A DNA stretch of 64,000 bases, taken from Eledone cirrhosa. Taxonomy: Eukaryota. The position numbers were made by a program, and so were the translations under genes. Shown here one piece after another: positions 13,190-27,667 of this stretch (within the stretch, counting starts at the first letter, position 1; each line of letters starts with the position of its first letter). The stretch covers positions 273,854,001-273,918,000 of the forward strand of contig OZ024741.1 in NCBI GenBank assembly GCA_964016885.1. The letters run 5' to 3'. The notes beneath the pieces are model-generated. The model was not told the origin of the DNA. It was given only the letters and a program-made list of their open reading frames with translations, and did not search any database.

Positions 13190-16100
13190 CTATATCTGTC
13201 TGTATGTCTATATGTCTATATGTCTGTCTCTATATCAGTCTGTCTATATGTCTTTCTGTCTGTCTCTCTGTATATCTTTATGTCTGTCTGTCTGTCTGTA
13301 TGTATGTATGCCTGTATGTCTGCCTGTCTGTCTGTCTGTATGTATGTATGTATGCCTGTATGTATGTATGTATGTATGTATGTATGCATGTATGTATGTA
13401 TGTATGTATGTATGTATGTATGTATGTATGTATGTATGCCTGTATGTATGCCTGTATGTATGTATGTATGCCTGTATGTATGTATGTATGTATGTATGTA
13501 TGTATGTATGTATGTATGTATGTATGCCTGTATGTATGCCTGTATGTATGTATGTATGCCTGTATGTATGTATGTATGTATGTATGTATGTATGTATGTA
13601 TGTATGTATGCCTGTATGTATGCCTGTATGTATGCCTGTATGTATGTATGCCTGTATGTATGTATGTATGTATGTACGTATGTATGTATGCCTGTATGCA
13701 TGTATGTATGTATGTATGCCTGTATGTATGTATGCCTGTATGTATGCCTGTATGTATGTATGTATGTATGTATGTATGTATGTATGTATGTATGTATGTA
13801 TGTATGTATGTATGTATGTATGTATGCCTGTATGTATGTATGCCTGTATGTATGCCTGTATGTATGTATGCCTGTATGTATGTATGTATGTATGTATGCC
13901 TGTATGTATGTATGTATGTATGTATGTATGTATGTATGTATGCCTGTATGTATGTATGTATGTATGTATGCCTGTATGTATGTCTGTCTGTCTGTCTGTA
14001 TATCTTTACGTCTGTCTGTATGTATGTATGTATGTATGCCTGTATGTATGTATGCCTGTATGTATGCCTGTATGTATGTATGCCTGTATGTATGCCTGTA
14101 TGTATGTATGCCTGTATGTATGTATGCCTGTATGTATGTATGTATGTATGTATGCCTGTATGTATGTATGCCTGTATGTATGTATGTATGTCTGTATGTA
14201 TGTCTGTATGTATGTATGTATGTCTGTATGTATGTATGCCTGTATGTATGTATGTATGTATGTATGTATGTATGTATGCCTGTATGTATGTATGTATGTA
14301 TGTATGTATGTCTGTATGTATGTATGTATGTATGTATGCCTGTATGTATGTATGCCTGTATGTATGTATGTATGTATGTATGTATGTATGTATGCCTGTA
14401 TGTATGTATGCATGTATGTATGTATGCCTGTATGTATGTATGTATGCCTGTATGTATGTATGTATGTATTATGTATGTATGCCTGTATGTATGTATGCCT
14501 GTATGTATGTATGCCTGTATGTATGTATGTATGTATGTATGTATGTATGTATGCCTGTATGTATGTATGCCTGTATGTATGTATGTATGCCTGTATGTAT
14601 GTATGTATGTATGTATGCATGTATGTATGCCTGTATGTATGCCTGTATGTATGTATGCCTGTATGTATGTATGTATGTATGTATGTATGTATGCCTGTAT
14701 GTATGTATGTATGTATGTATGTATGTATGTATGTATGTATGTATGCCTGTATGTATGTATGCCTGTATGTATGTATGTATGTATGTATGTATTTATGTAT
14801 GTATGTATGTATGTATGCCTGTATGTATGTATGCCTGTATGTATGTATGTATGTATGTATGTATGTATGTATGTATGCCTGTATGTATGTATGCCTGTAT
14901 GTATGTATGTATGTATGCCTGTATGTATGTATGTATGCCTGTATGTATGTATGTATGCCTGTATGTATGTATGCCTGTATGTATGCCTGTATGTATGTAT
15001 GCCTGTATGTATGTATGTATGTATGTATGTATGTATGTATGCCTGTATGTATGTATGTATGTATGTATGTATGTATGTATGTATGTATGTATGTATGCCT
15101 GTATGTATGTATGCCTGTATGTATGTATGTATGTATGTATGTATGCCTGTATGTATGTATGTATGTATGTATGCCTGTATGTATGTATGTATGTATGTAT
15201 GTATGTATGTATGCCTGTATGTATGTATGCCTGTATGTATGTATGTATGCCTGTATGTATGTATGCCTGTATGTATGTATGCCTGTATGTATGTATGCCT
15301 GTATGTCTGTCTGTATGTATGTATGCCTGTATGTATGTATGTATGTATGTATGTATGCATGTATGTATGTATGTATGTATGTATGCCTGTATGTATGTAT
15401 GTATGTATGTATGTATGCCTGTATGTATGTATGTATGTATGTATGCCTGTATGTATGTATGTATGTATGCCTGTATGTATGCCTGTATGTATGTATGTAT
15501 GTATGCATGTATGTATGTATGCCTGTATGTATGTATTATGTATGTATGTATGTATGTATGTATGCCTGTATGTATGTATGTATGCCTGTATGTATGTATG
15601 TATGTATGTATGTATGTATGTATGCCTGTCTGTCTGTATGTATGTATGTATGTCTGTCTGTATGTATGTCTGTATGTATGTATGTATGTATGCCTGTATG
15701 TATGTATGTATGTATGTATGCCTGTATGTATGCCTGTATGTATGCCTGTATGTATGTATGCCTGTATGTATGTATGCCTGTCTGTCTGTATGTATGTATG
15801 TATGTCTGTCTGTATGTATGTCTGTATGTATGTATGTATGTATGCCTGTATGTATGTATGTATGTATGTATGCCTGTATGTATGCCTGTATGTATGTATG
15901 CCTGTATGTATGTATGCCTGTATGTATGTATGTATGCCTGTATGTATGTATGCCTGTATGTATGTATGTATGTCTGTGTGTATGTATGTATGCCTGTATG
16001 TATGATGCTTGTATGTATGTATGTATGCCTGTATGTATGTATGTATGTATGTATGTATGTATGTATGTATGTATGCCTGTATGTATGTATGTATGTATGC

Positions 16101-17635
16101 CTGTATGTATGTATGTATGCCTGTATGTATGTATGTCTGTATGTATGTATGTATGTCTGTATGTATGTATGTATGTATGCCTGTATGTATGTATGCTTGT
16201 ATGTATGTATGTATGCCTGTATGTATGTATGTATGTATGTATGCCTGTATGTATGTATGTATATATGCCTGTATGTATTTATGTATGTATGTATGTATGT
16301 ATGCCTGTATGTATATATGTATGCCTGTATGTATGCCTGTATGTATGTATGTATGTATGTATGTATGTATGCCTGTATGTATGTATGTATGCCTGTATGT
16401 ATGCCTGTATGTATGTATGTATGTATGCCTGTATGTATGTATGTATGCCTGTATGTATGTATGCCTGTATGTATGTATGCCTGTATGTATGTATGTATGT
16501 ATGTATGTATGCCTGTATGTATGTATGTATGTATGTATGCCTGTATGTATGTATGTATGCCTGTATGTATGTATGCCTGTATGTATGTATGTATGTATGT
16601 ATGCCTGTATGTATGTATGCCTGTATGTATGTATGTATGTACGTATGTATGTATGCCTGTATGCATGTATGTATGTATGTATGCCTGTATGTATGTATGC
16701 CTGTATGTATGCCTGTATGTATGTATGTATGTATGTATGTATGTATGTATGTATGTATGTATGTATGCCTGTATGTATGTATGCCTGTATGTATGTATGC
16801 TTGTATGTATGTATGTATGTATGTACGTATGTATGTATGCCTGTATGTATGTATGTATGTATGCCTGTATGTATGTATGCCTGTATGTATGCCTGTATGT
16901 ATGTATGCCTGTATGTATGTATGTATGTATGTATGCCTGTATGTATGTATGCCTGTATGTATGCCTGTATGTATGTATGCCTGTATGTATGTATGCCTGT
17001 ATGTATGTATGTATGTATGCCTGTATGTATGTATGCCTGTATGTATGTATGTATGTATGTCTGTATGTATGTCTGTATGTATGTATGTATGTCTGTATGT
17101 ATGTATGCCTGTATGTATGTATGTATGTATGTATGTATGTATGTATGTATGCCTGTATGTATGTATGTATGTATGTATGTATGTCTGTATGTATGTATGT
17201 ATGTATGTATGTATGCCTGTATGTATGTATGCCTGTATGTATGCATGTATGTATGTATGTATGTATGTATGCCTGTATGTATGTATGCCTGTATGTATGT
17301 ATGTCTGTATGTATGTATGTATGCATGTATGTATGTATGTATGTATGTATGTATGTATGCCTGTATGTATGTATGCCTGTATGTATGTATGCCTGTATGT
17401 ATGTATGTATGTATGTATGTATGTATGTATGCCTGTATGTATGTATGCCTGTATGTATGTATGTATGCCTGTATGTATGTATGTATGTATGCATGTATGT
17501 ATGCCTGTATGTATGCCTGTATGTATGTATGCCTGTATGTATGTATGTATGTATGTATGTATGTATGCCTGTATGTATGTATGTATGTATGTATGTATGT
17601 ATGCCTGTATGTATGTATGCCTGTATGTATGTATG

Positions 17636-17666
<31 letters not shown>

Positions 17667-20190
17667 TGTATGTATGCCTGTATGTATGTATGTATGTATG
17701 TATGTATGTATGTATGTATGCCTGTATGTATGTATGCCTGTATGTATGTATGTATGTATGCCTGTATGTATGTATGTATGCCTGTATGTATGTATGTATG
17801 CCTGTATGTATGTATGCCTGTATGTATGCCTGTATGTATGTATGCCTGTATGTATGTATGCATGTATGTATGTATGTATGTATGTATGTATGTATGCCTG
17901 TATGTATGTATGCCTGTATGTATGTATGTATGTATGTATGTATGTATGTATGTATGTATGTATGCCTGCATGTATGTATGCCTGTATGTATGTATGTATG
18001 TATGTATGTATGTATGCCTGTATGTATGTATGTATGTATGTATGCCTGTATGTATGTATGTATGTATGCCTGTATGTATGTATGTATGTATGTATGTATG
18101 CCTGTATGTATGTATGCCTGTATGTATGTATGTATGCCTGTATGTATGTATGCCTGTATGTATGTATGCCTGTATGTATGTATGCCTGTATGTCTGTATG
18201 TATGTATGTATGCCTGTATGTATGTATGTATGTATGTATGTATGCCTGTATGTATGTATGTATGTATGTATGTATGCCTGTATGTATGTATGTATGTATG
18301 TATGCCTGTATGTATGTATGTATGTATGTATGCCTGTATGTATGTATGTATGTATGCCTGTATGTATGCCTGTATGTATGTATGTATGTATGTATGTATG
18401 TATGTATGCCTGTATGTATGTATGCCTGTATGTATGTATTATGTATGTATGTATGTATGTATGTATGCCTGTATGTATGTATGTATGCCTGTATGTATGT
18501 ATGTATGTATATATGTATGTATGTATGTATGCCTGTCTGTCTGTATGTATGTATGTATGTCTGTATGTATGTCTGTATGTATGTATGTATGTATGCCTGT
18601 ATGTATGTATGTATGTATGTATGCCTGTATGTATGCCTGTATGTATGTATGCCTGTATGTATGTATGCCTGTCTGTCTGTATGTATGTATGTATGTCTGT
18701 CTGTATGTATGTCTGTATGTATGTATGTATGTATGCCTGTATGTATGTATGTATGTATGTATGTATGTATGCCTGTATGTATGTATGCCTGTATGTATGT
18801 ATGCCTGTATGTATGTATGCCTGTATGTATGTATGTATGCCTGTATGTATGTATGCCTGTATGTATGTATGTATGTCTGTGTGTATGTATGTATGCCTGT
18901 ATGTATGTATGCTTGTATGTATGTATGTATGCCTGTATGTATGTATGTATGTATGTATGTATGTATGTCTGTATGTATGTATGCCTGTATGTATGTATGT
19001 ATGTATGCCTGTATGTATGTATGTATGCCTGTATGTATGTATGTCTGTATGTATGTATGTATGTCTGTATGTATGTATGTATGTATGCCTGTATGTATGT
19101 ATGCTTGTATGTATGTATGTATGTATGCCTGTATGTATGTATGTATGTATGTATGCCTGTATGTATGTATGTATGTATGCCTGTATGTATGTATGTATGT
19201 ATGCCTGTATGTATTTATGTATGTATGTATGTATGTATGCCTGTATGTATGTATGTATGTATGTATGTATGCCTGTATGTATTTATGTATGTATGTATGT
19301 ATGTATGTATGTATGTATGCCTGTATGTATGCCTGTATGTATGTATGTATGTATGCCTGTATGTATGTATATATGCCTGTATGTATGTATGCCTGTATGT
19401 ATGTATGCCTGTATGTATGTATGTATGTATGTATGTATGTATGTATGCCTGTATGTATGTATGTATGTATGTATGCCTGTATGTATGTATGTATGCCTGT
19501 ATGTATGTATGCCTGTATGTATGTATGTATGTATGTATGTATGCCTGTATGTATGTATGTATGTATGTATGTATGCCTGTATGTATGTATGTATGCCTGT
19601 ATGTATGTATGTATGTATGTATGCCTGTATGCCTGTATGTATGTATGTATGTATGTATGTATGCCTGTATGTATGTATGTATGTATGTATGCCTGTATGC
19701 ATGTATGTATGTATGTATGCCTGTATGTATGTATGTATGTATGTATGTATGTATGTATGTATGTATGTATGTATGTATGTATGTATGTATGCCTGTATGT
19801 ATGTATGCCTGTATGTATGTATGTATGTATGTATGCCTGTATGTATGTATGTATGTATGCCTGTATGTATGTATGTATGTATGCCTGTATGTATGTATGT
19901 ATGTATGTATTTATGTATGTATGTATGCCTGTAAGTATGTATGCCTGTATGTATGTATGCCTGTATGTATGTATGTATGTATGTATGTATGTATGTATGC
20001 CTGTATGTATGTATGTATGCCTGTATGTATGTATGCCTGTATGTATGTATGTATGTATGCCTGTATGTATGTATGTATGCCTGTATGTATGTATGTATGT
20101 ATGTCTGTTTGTCTGTCTGTCTGTCTGATGTCTGTTTGTCTGTCTGTATGGCTGTATATCTGTCTCTCTGTCTGTCTGTATGCATGTCTG
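13190..20190. repeat. ~7-kb compound (TATG)n satellite with CCTG/TCTG variants
   Basis: Direct reading. Rare variants recur at ~2.9-kb spacing. Confidence 0.95.
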
Positions 20191-20369
20191 TCTGAGGATA
20201 GTAGACGTGTTTCATATCGCTCTGTGATTTGGATTTTTACCTGCTATTTTTGTGAGTGAATTTTTTTGAATTCTTTTGTATAATTAACTCTAACCCCTAG
20301 TCTGGGACTCTAGACGTCGGGTAAATATATTTTCACCCCTTTTGGGGTGAAAAAATAAATATTTCAGAA

Positions 20370-22135
20370 ATGTTTATCGATATCGTTGATAACGATATCG
20401 TCGAAAACGATATCGCCATATTGGAAGCGAACGCCACGCCGACCAAAAAAACAAGCGGGAAAGAGGGAACAACAGTTCAAACTGTTGAACAGCCCCTCCT
20501 CTCCAATGAAAAAAAAAAAAGAATTTCAATTCAAATGAAAAAATTCATTTTCAAGAAAAAAATAACACCACAAATAAGGAAACCAACAACATTACAACAA
20601 CAAACAAAGACAAAATTTCTTTTGCCCAAACACTCAGGAGAGCCACGGAATACAAAGCCATTGACATCACGAACGCCAAGGAAAATTTGCTAGAGGCTAG
20701 AAAATACGTATCTTTTGGGGAGGATGGTTCGTTTACGATCAACTCCCCAGAAGAAGTACGTCAACAGATTTACAAGAATACCGTAACCTACAGAACCATA
20801 ACCAACGAAACGAGAAAGCCAGCGCAATTGACCGAAAGTCAAATCGAGCTGGTTCTGAAAGAAATTAAAAACGACATACTCTTTATTCAAAGAGGAAAGC
20901 TGTATGCCAGCATTATGGTCCGAATGAAGGACGAAATGCTGGCTCAGAAATATTCGGTGGCACCTATAGTGTCACCACAATACACCTTCTTCCCCACATA
21001 TAAAGGAAGAAGAACACAAAGGATAAGAATGTGGAGCCCTACGCCAGAAATTAACATCTGGTCCGTCCTAACAGGATTTACCGACCTAGATAAGGACATA
21101 CTCATTTCAGCAGGGGAGTCCACCAGTGGACTGTTCGGGGGGAAAGGTCTGGAGGTTCTCTTACAGATGATACCTGTGAGAATCTCCGGAATACCCGACC
21201 GAGTGCTACTGGATGGGCGAACCTATATAAATATCACAGTGGAAGGCAGGAGACCCTCATGTTACTACTGCGCTGGCAGAGGTCACCTGAGGACGGCCTG
21301 CCCTCTACTAACAACAAAAAAACCACTGCTACAAACACCACAACAACAACAAAAACAACCAGCACCACCATCACAAAAACAACAAAATACACTACCATCA
21401 CCACCAGAACAACAAAAACCAACAACACCACCACCACCACCACCACAACAACAACAACAACATCATCAACAGCTCAAGAAAACAACCCAAAACACGGTCC
21501 CACCCAGCCCCACCCCACAGAACACAAATACAAAAACAGTTCATACACAACCCGGAGATATACCCCTCCCCTCCAATACGGAATAGGAGCTCATATCGTC
21601 GGAAGACGAGGGGGCTCCCTTCCAAAAAGTGAAAAGAAAAAAACGTACACACACCACACAAACAAAAATAACCCCACCTGACAACACAACACAGACAATA
21701 AAACGCAAACTCACTCAACAACAACAAGCAAAAACAAACACAACAACACAAAAACTCTACACATACATAAACAAAAACAATGAAAACCTAACTTTAAAAA
21801 TAGAAACCAACCCTTCGATACAAACCGAAGGGCCGAATTTCGTAACGGCAATGGGGCTCCCTAACCTGAAAATGGTGAAAATCCCACTTGACATTTTCAA
21901 AACTTTAAAAGACATTTACCCTGAGGACGTGGGCCCACCCTGCACCAGGCCACTCAACCGCGTACTCCTGAAAGGTTTTCCCCTCCCCTCCTCAAACACC
22001 CACACAACTCCGAAGATCCCAATCCCTCCACACACTAATACCCCCACACCACCACAAACCACCACCCCACCCATCAACCCCTCCACCAGCCCCATGGAAA
22101 CTGAGCGACCCGAACCCCGGGACGCAGAAAGGTAA
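20370..22135 (+). pseudogene. LINE ORF1 (gag-like), disrupted
   Basis: CYYCAGRGHLRTAC (CX2CX4HX4C) at 21260-21301. Probable frameshift in the A-run at ~20509-20520. In-frame TAG at 21584-21586, after which the same frame continues to 22135. Confidence 0.75.
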
Positions 22136-22158
22136 GTGCCTCTTTCTTTGCCACCAAC

Positions 22159-25100
22159 ATGACTGTCTTAAGAGTAGGTTGTCTAAATGCGCGTGGCCTG
22201 GGCTCACCTTGGAAGTAAGCTAAACTTCTAAGTGACCTCAGGTCACAATGTGTAAATGTGATGGTTATTTGCGAGGCCCGGATCAGCAGCATGCGACAGC
22301 TAACCCCCACCTTTGATGACTTTGAGATGCACGCATCTCACTGTCAGCCTGGAGGTGGGGGTGGGGTTGTCGTTCTGCTGCAAAAACATCTGGGTCTCGC
22401 TACACAGACGGTACACTTGGACCCGGAGGGTCGACTCGTGGTTCTGGACCTTGGCAATGGCGAAGGCGAAGCTTTTAGGCTTGTCGCCGTATACGCCCCT
22501 TTTGGGGCAATGCGGTCGCACTTCTTCCATCGTCTGGAGACTTTTCGAGGGACGTCCCGCTCCTTGCTTTTAGTGGGGGACTGGAATGGTATCCTAGATG
22601 CACGTTGGGACTATGTAGGGGCATGTCCCGATAGAGGGGGGTGCAACAGCCTTAAGGGGTTAATCGGCCGATTCGACCTGGCCGATAGATACCGACTAGA
22701 TTTTCCGACTGTACCAACCTGGACCTGGTCAAATAACAGTGGTCAATCTAGATCGTACCTAGATAGGTTCTTAGTTAGAATTAAGGATAGGGACTTTTTA
22801 AGTTGTCCAGAAATGCTCATGGTGGGCTATTCAGACCACAAGTTAGTGACCTGCGTAGTCCACCTTGATAGAACGCATAGGCAGGGGCCCGGTTACTGGA
22901 AGCTCAACTTGTCCTTACCGGCAAGTAGAGCTTACAGGGACCGGATTAGAAACTTAGTTAAGGAGCAGTTGACGGGCGCCATCGTCAACAACAGGTGGTG
23001 GGGCTCTCTAAAAAGAGAGATTAGAGTAGTTTCAATAGGAGTTAGTAAGGAGTTAGCCTCAGATAGAAATAGGAAGGAAAGGGAGTTGGTAGTTAATGTT
23101 GAAGAGGCAATGAGAAGCGGCAACGTGGCCAGAGTGCAAGCGTCGAGAACGGTCTTGAACCAGTTCTTCGACGCGAAACACGAAGGCTGCGTTGTCCGAA
23201 GCAAAATACGTGCTCTGGGAAACGAGGGGACCAAAGCTGTTAGCTGGGCCCGCGTGACAGAAGCGAAAAGTGGGATTAAATCCACTATCCGGTCTTTGCG
23301 AGACCAGGATGGACGGCTGATCCTTGAACCTAAGCAAATGTGCGAGGCCTTTCAAAGGCACTTTGCCCAATTGTTCGGGAGGGGCGGGGAGCCGGTTGGA
23401 GATGTGGATTTCGGTCCATACCTCGACGGCCTGGCGCGTCTTTCGGACAGGGAGGCGAGGTCCTGCGACGGGCCGATCTCAGCTGCTGAAATAGGGGACG
23501 TGCTGAGCCTATGCGGCAAACGCAAATCTCCAGGACTCGATGGTCTGCCCTACGAACTATATATTAATATGCCGGACTTGTTCCCCGATCTCCTCGAGGC
23601 GGTCTACTGCAACTGGCAACAGAACGGGAGAATTCCCTGTTCTGTGACCAAGGGCGTAGTCTCGCTAGTGAGGAAGGACGAGAACAAGGGGGATGACATT
23701 AGTAATTTTAGGCCCATAACTCTGCTAAATGCAGAGTTAAAGATTTTGGCCAAGGTGTTAGCGAAGAGGTTGGCGCTTGTCGTGGGGGGCCTGGTGGGAG
23801 ATGCGCAGACATGCGCTATCCCGTCCAGGTCCATCCACGACAACCTCCACCTCATGCGATACATCATAGAGAGGGTTGGAAACGAACCCGGCTTTGGTGG
23901 GGCCCTGATAAATTTAGATCAGTCTAAAGCGTTCGATAGGGTGGACCATGGTTACCTGGATGCGGTGCTAGCAGCGGCTGGGTTCGGACCCGTTTTCAGG
24001 GGCTGGATCATTGCCATGCACAGCAGCCGCATCTGCTCTAGAGTCAAGGTGAACGGCTACCTTTCGGAGCCGTTCGAAATCACCCGCTCCATCCGACAGG
24101 GGTGCCCTCTCTCCTCCCTTCTGTATGTATTGACTCTCGAGCCATTACTGCGGAAGTTGGAGTTGTTGCAGGGCATCCCTTTGGAACCGGGATTGTGCAA
24201 AGCGGTGTCGGCCTACGCCGATGACGTAACAGTAATGGTGTCGACCGCCTCGGAAATCGAGGCAATCGGCACCTTACTAGAGGAGTACGAAAGGTTGACA
24301 GGGGCTAAGCTGAACCGGGACAAGTCAGTCGCTTTGCAACTCGGCGAGTGGAGGGGCAAAGCGATGTCGTGCGACGGTATCGTCGGACGGTGGACGGAGG
24401 GCCCGGTGAAGTTGCTTGGGGTCTGGTTCGGACCGGACCTCCAGGTGGAGAAAAACTGGGGTGAGGTGACGAATAGGGTGTTTGCACTGACCCAGAAGTG
24501 GGCCGAGTGCAAACTATCCCTAAAAGGTCGGGCGGAGGTGGCGAACGCTTACATAGCGTCCGTCATCTATTACCGCTTGACTGTCGTGCCTTGCCCAGGT
24601 GAGATCCTCGCCAAAATGGAGCGCACCCTCTTTTATTTCCTTTGGAAGAAGAGGTCTCCTCTGGTGAGGAGATCCATCTGCTGTCAACACCCTTTGAAAG
24701 GAGGGCTGGGGATGCCGTGGCTAAAAATGCGTAAACACGCATTGAGGCTAAGGCACCTCCACGTATTCCTCACCGGTCAACCGGTGTGGGCCCCGTTTGT
24801 GAGGCGAGCCTTCCCGAGGCTCGTCTCGCTCACCGAGCTGCAGTCCTGGGTGAAGCAAAGACCGAGAAAATTGGGCGACTGGCACACCGAGTGTGCCCAG
24901 GCGCTCACAGCTCTCTTGCAGGCGGACCCGGCTATCGACGGAGACTCCACCTCGTCATTCTATAGAGGGCTGGTGGTTAGCGGGTGCGACGACGCCCTCG
25001 GAGAAACCCTAGGCATGGAGGAGGACGAACTGGCCAGTCTATTCGGTAGGACTTTCGGCCCGGGACCTATGGACAACTTCCAGAAGTCCTTGGCCTGGCA

Positions 25101-25596
25101 GTGCTACCGAGGGGCTCTGCCCGTTCGGGATAAGCTCTACAGACACGGGCGCCCGGGTAGGGACCCCTCGAAAAAGATCTGTCCCAGATGCGTGCGCGAC
25201 GAGGAAACCGTCGCGCACGCATTGGTGCACTGCCCGGGCGTTGCCGATCTGTGGGGCTATGTCGAACAACTGCTGTCACGGGTGGGACCAATTAGGTTGA
25301 CCACCGAGTCCATTGTAACGATCAAGCCGCCTCCCTCCTTCAAAAATGAAGGAGAGGCGGTCTTCCTCTGTGTAATAGCCATGGTAAAAGAGGCTATATG
25401 GTGGACGCGTCTGAAAGGGCTGAGGTCGGACACCTTTCTCTCCGGCCAACAACTGGTCCTTTTCTTCCGATACCATTTCGGAAGAAGGATTAGGATGGAG
25501 AGAGAGGTGCTCCACTCCAGCCAGTTTTATGAAAGGTGGGTGAAAGTTGCGAGAATGGCCCGTGTGAATGGGCCTTCTCTCTACCTCAGCCTGTAG
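22159..25596 (+). pseudogene. LINE ORF2: AP endonuclease, reverse transcriptase, C-terminal Zn finger; one premature stop near the N-terminus
   Basis: ATG 22159 gives MTVLRVGCLNARGL..K* (TAA 22216-22218), then open for >1100 aa. Motifs VYAP, GDWN, LDRF, SDH, KSPGLDG, FRPITLLN, LDQSKAFDRV, RQGCPLS, YADD (24214-24225), CPRC..H..HC. Confidence 0.92.
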
Positions 25597-25924
25597 GTGG
25601 AACAGAAAGGAGGGAGCACCCTCTCTTTGTGCTCCCGTGGAGAAGGGTCGCACACTTTTTTCGGGGGTGTGTGTGACCCCAAAACGATCCCTCCCTATTG
25701 AGGACCTTCTTGTTATTATTTTGTTTGTTATATTTTTCTTACTCGATTTTTATGTAAACTCCCCCCACCCATGTACATGTCCCTTTCTTTTGTGCCCTAG
25801 TGGCAAATAAACAGAAATTTGTCTGTATGCATGTCTGGCTGGCTGCCTGTCAATATAACAAAAACTAATGTCATATTGTTGGAGGATGATAGACGTCTCA
25901 ACATGATGATGATGTTAAATATTG

Positions 25925-26833
25925 TGGTGGTGGTGGTGGTGGCGGGGTGGTGGTGGGGGAGGAGATGATGGTGGTGGTGGTGGTGGCGGGGGAGGTGGTG
26001 GTGGTGGTGGTGGTGGTGGTGGTGGCGGCGGGGCAGATGGTGGTAGTATGGTGGTGGTGGCGATGGTGGTGGCGGTGATGGTGGTGAGGATGGTGGTGGT
26101 GGTGATAGTAGTGGGGGTGATGGTGGTGGGGATGGTGGTGGTGGTGTTTGTGGTGATGGTGGTGGGGATGGTGGTGGTGGTGGTGGTGGCAATGATAAAG
26201 GTGATGGTAATGGTGGAGAAACGTATGATTCATAAGATGATGTTGATGATGATGGTGGTTGGGGTGATGGTGATAATAAAGGTAGGGAAACGGGTGATGG
26301 ATATAGTGATGGTGGTGGTGATTGTGATGGTGATTGGGATGATGATGATTATGATGATGATGATGATTGTGATAATTGTTATGATAGTGATAATGGTGAT
26401 GATGATGATCGCAATGATGATGTGATCATGATGATATGATGATGATGATGATGATAATGATATGATGGTGGTGGTGATGGTGATGATGATATAATGGTGA
26501 TGATGATGATGGTAATTATACAATGATGATGGTGATGATGGTGATGATGGTGATGATGGTGATGGCATTGATGATGACGATGATGATGCTATAATGATGG
26601 TGGTGATGATGGTGATTATAACGATGGTGATGATGTTGATGATGGTGATGGTGATGATGATGATGATGATGATAATGATAATGATGGTGATGGTGATGAT
26701 GGTGATGATGGTGATGATGATGATGGTGATGATGGTGATGGTGGTGGTGATGGTGATAATGATGGTGATGGTGATGATGGTGATGATGGTGATGATGATG
26801 ATGATGATGATGATAATGATAATGATGGTGATG

Positions 26834-26865
<32 letters not shown>

Positions 26866-26945
26866 GATGATGATGATGGTGATGATGGTGATGGTGATGA
26901 TGGTGGTGATGATGGTGATGATGATGATGGTGATGATGATGGTGT
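25925..26945. repeat. (GGT)n/(GAT)n compound tract
   Basis: Direct reading. Confidence 0.95.
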
Positions 26946-27211
26946 ATATATGTTACAGTGGCGCTGCTATACATATTTATTTCCATATTCATCAGTTTCA
27001 TATCTTCATGCCAATCTTCATTTACTGAAGGTTGGGTGTAGGGTTGGGTGGAGGTGTAGGGGTGTGGGTGGAGGCTGGGTGGGGCGTAGAGAGATGGATG
27101 TACACACACACAGGCTCACACACATAGATACATACATAGACATTGACACATACGCGGACATACACACATATACATACATACGTACGTATATACGCACGTA
27201 CAAACATACAC

Positions 27212-27324
27212 AGAAGAAGAAGAAGAAGAAGAAGAAGAAGAAGAAGAAGAAGAAGAAGAAGAAGAAGAAGAAGAAGAAGAAGAAGAAGAAGAAGAAGAAG
27301 AAGAAGAAGAAGAAGAAGAAGAAG
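27212..27324. repeat. (GAA)n
   Basis: Direct reading. Confidence 0.95.
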
Positions 27325-27667
27325 AGTTGTATTTGTCCGTTATGTGTTTATATAGTCACGTTTACAACAGTAGTTGTGAACATCTTTCAATTTTACAATT
27401 GCCATACTTTGTATTAAACACTGTATTACAAAGGTAGATATGAAAATAATGGTGAACAATATATGTATATCATACAGAATTACCCACAAACGTAGAAGAT
27501 TACTTCTTGAAGCATTACTCATACCACAACACAATGCTAAAATAAACCCACAAATAACAACCTGCTCACATCATAAATCAAATTAACATACGGTTAGTGA
27601 CGTGTAATTCTAGTGCTTAAATTTATCAGGTAAAGTTTAAACAAACCATATTCGCTTTCAACCTTTT

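Larger units (their letters stand above)
20191..25819 (+). mobile_element. Near full-length Tx1/L1-clade non-LTR retrotransposon
   Basis: ORF1 with CCHC knuckle, ORF2 with APE-RT-Zn finger, AATAAA at 25806. Direct repeat TGTCTGTATGCATGTCTG at 20173-20190 and 25820-25837 is the probable TSD. Confidence 0.92.

Noticed and set aside
12622-20259. ORFs of 700-2300 aa (YVCM/HTYI repeats)
   Set aside because: They are translations of a stop-free (TATG)n satellite, open in several frames on both strands.
22128-22137. AG|GTAAGT donor overlapping the LINE ORF1 stop
   Set aside because: No supporting acceptor or transcript evidence, and ORF2 has its own ATG at 22159.
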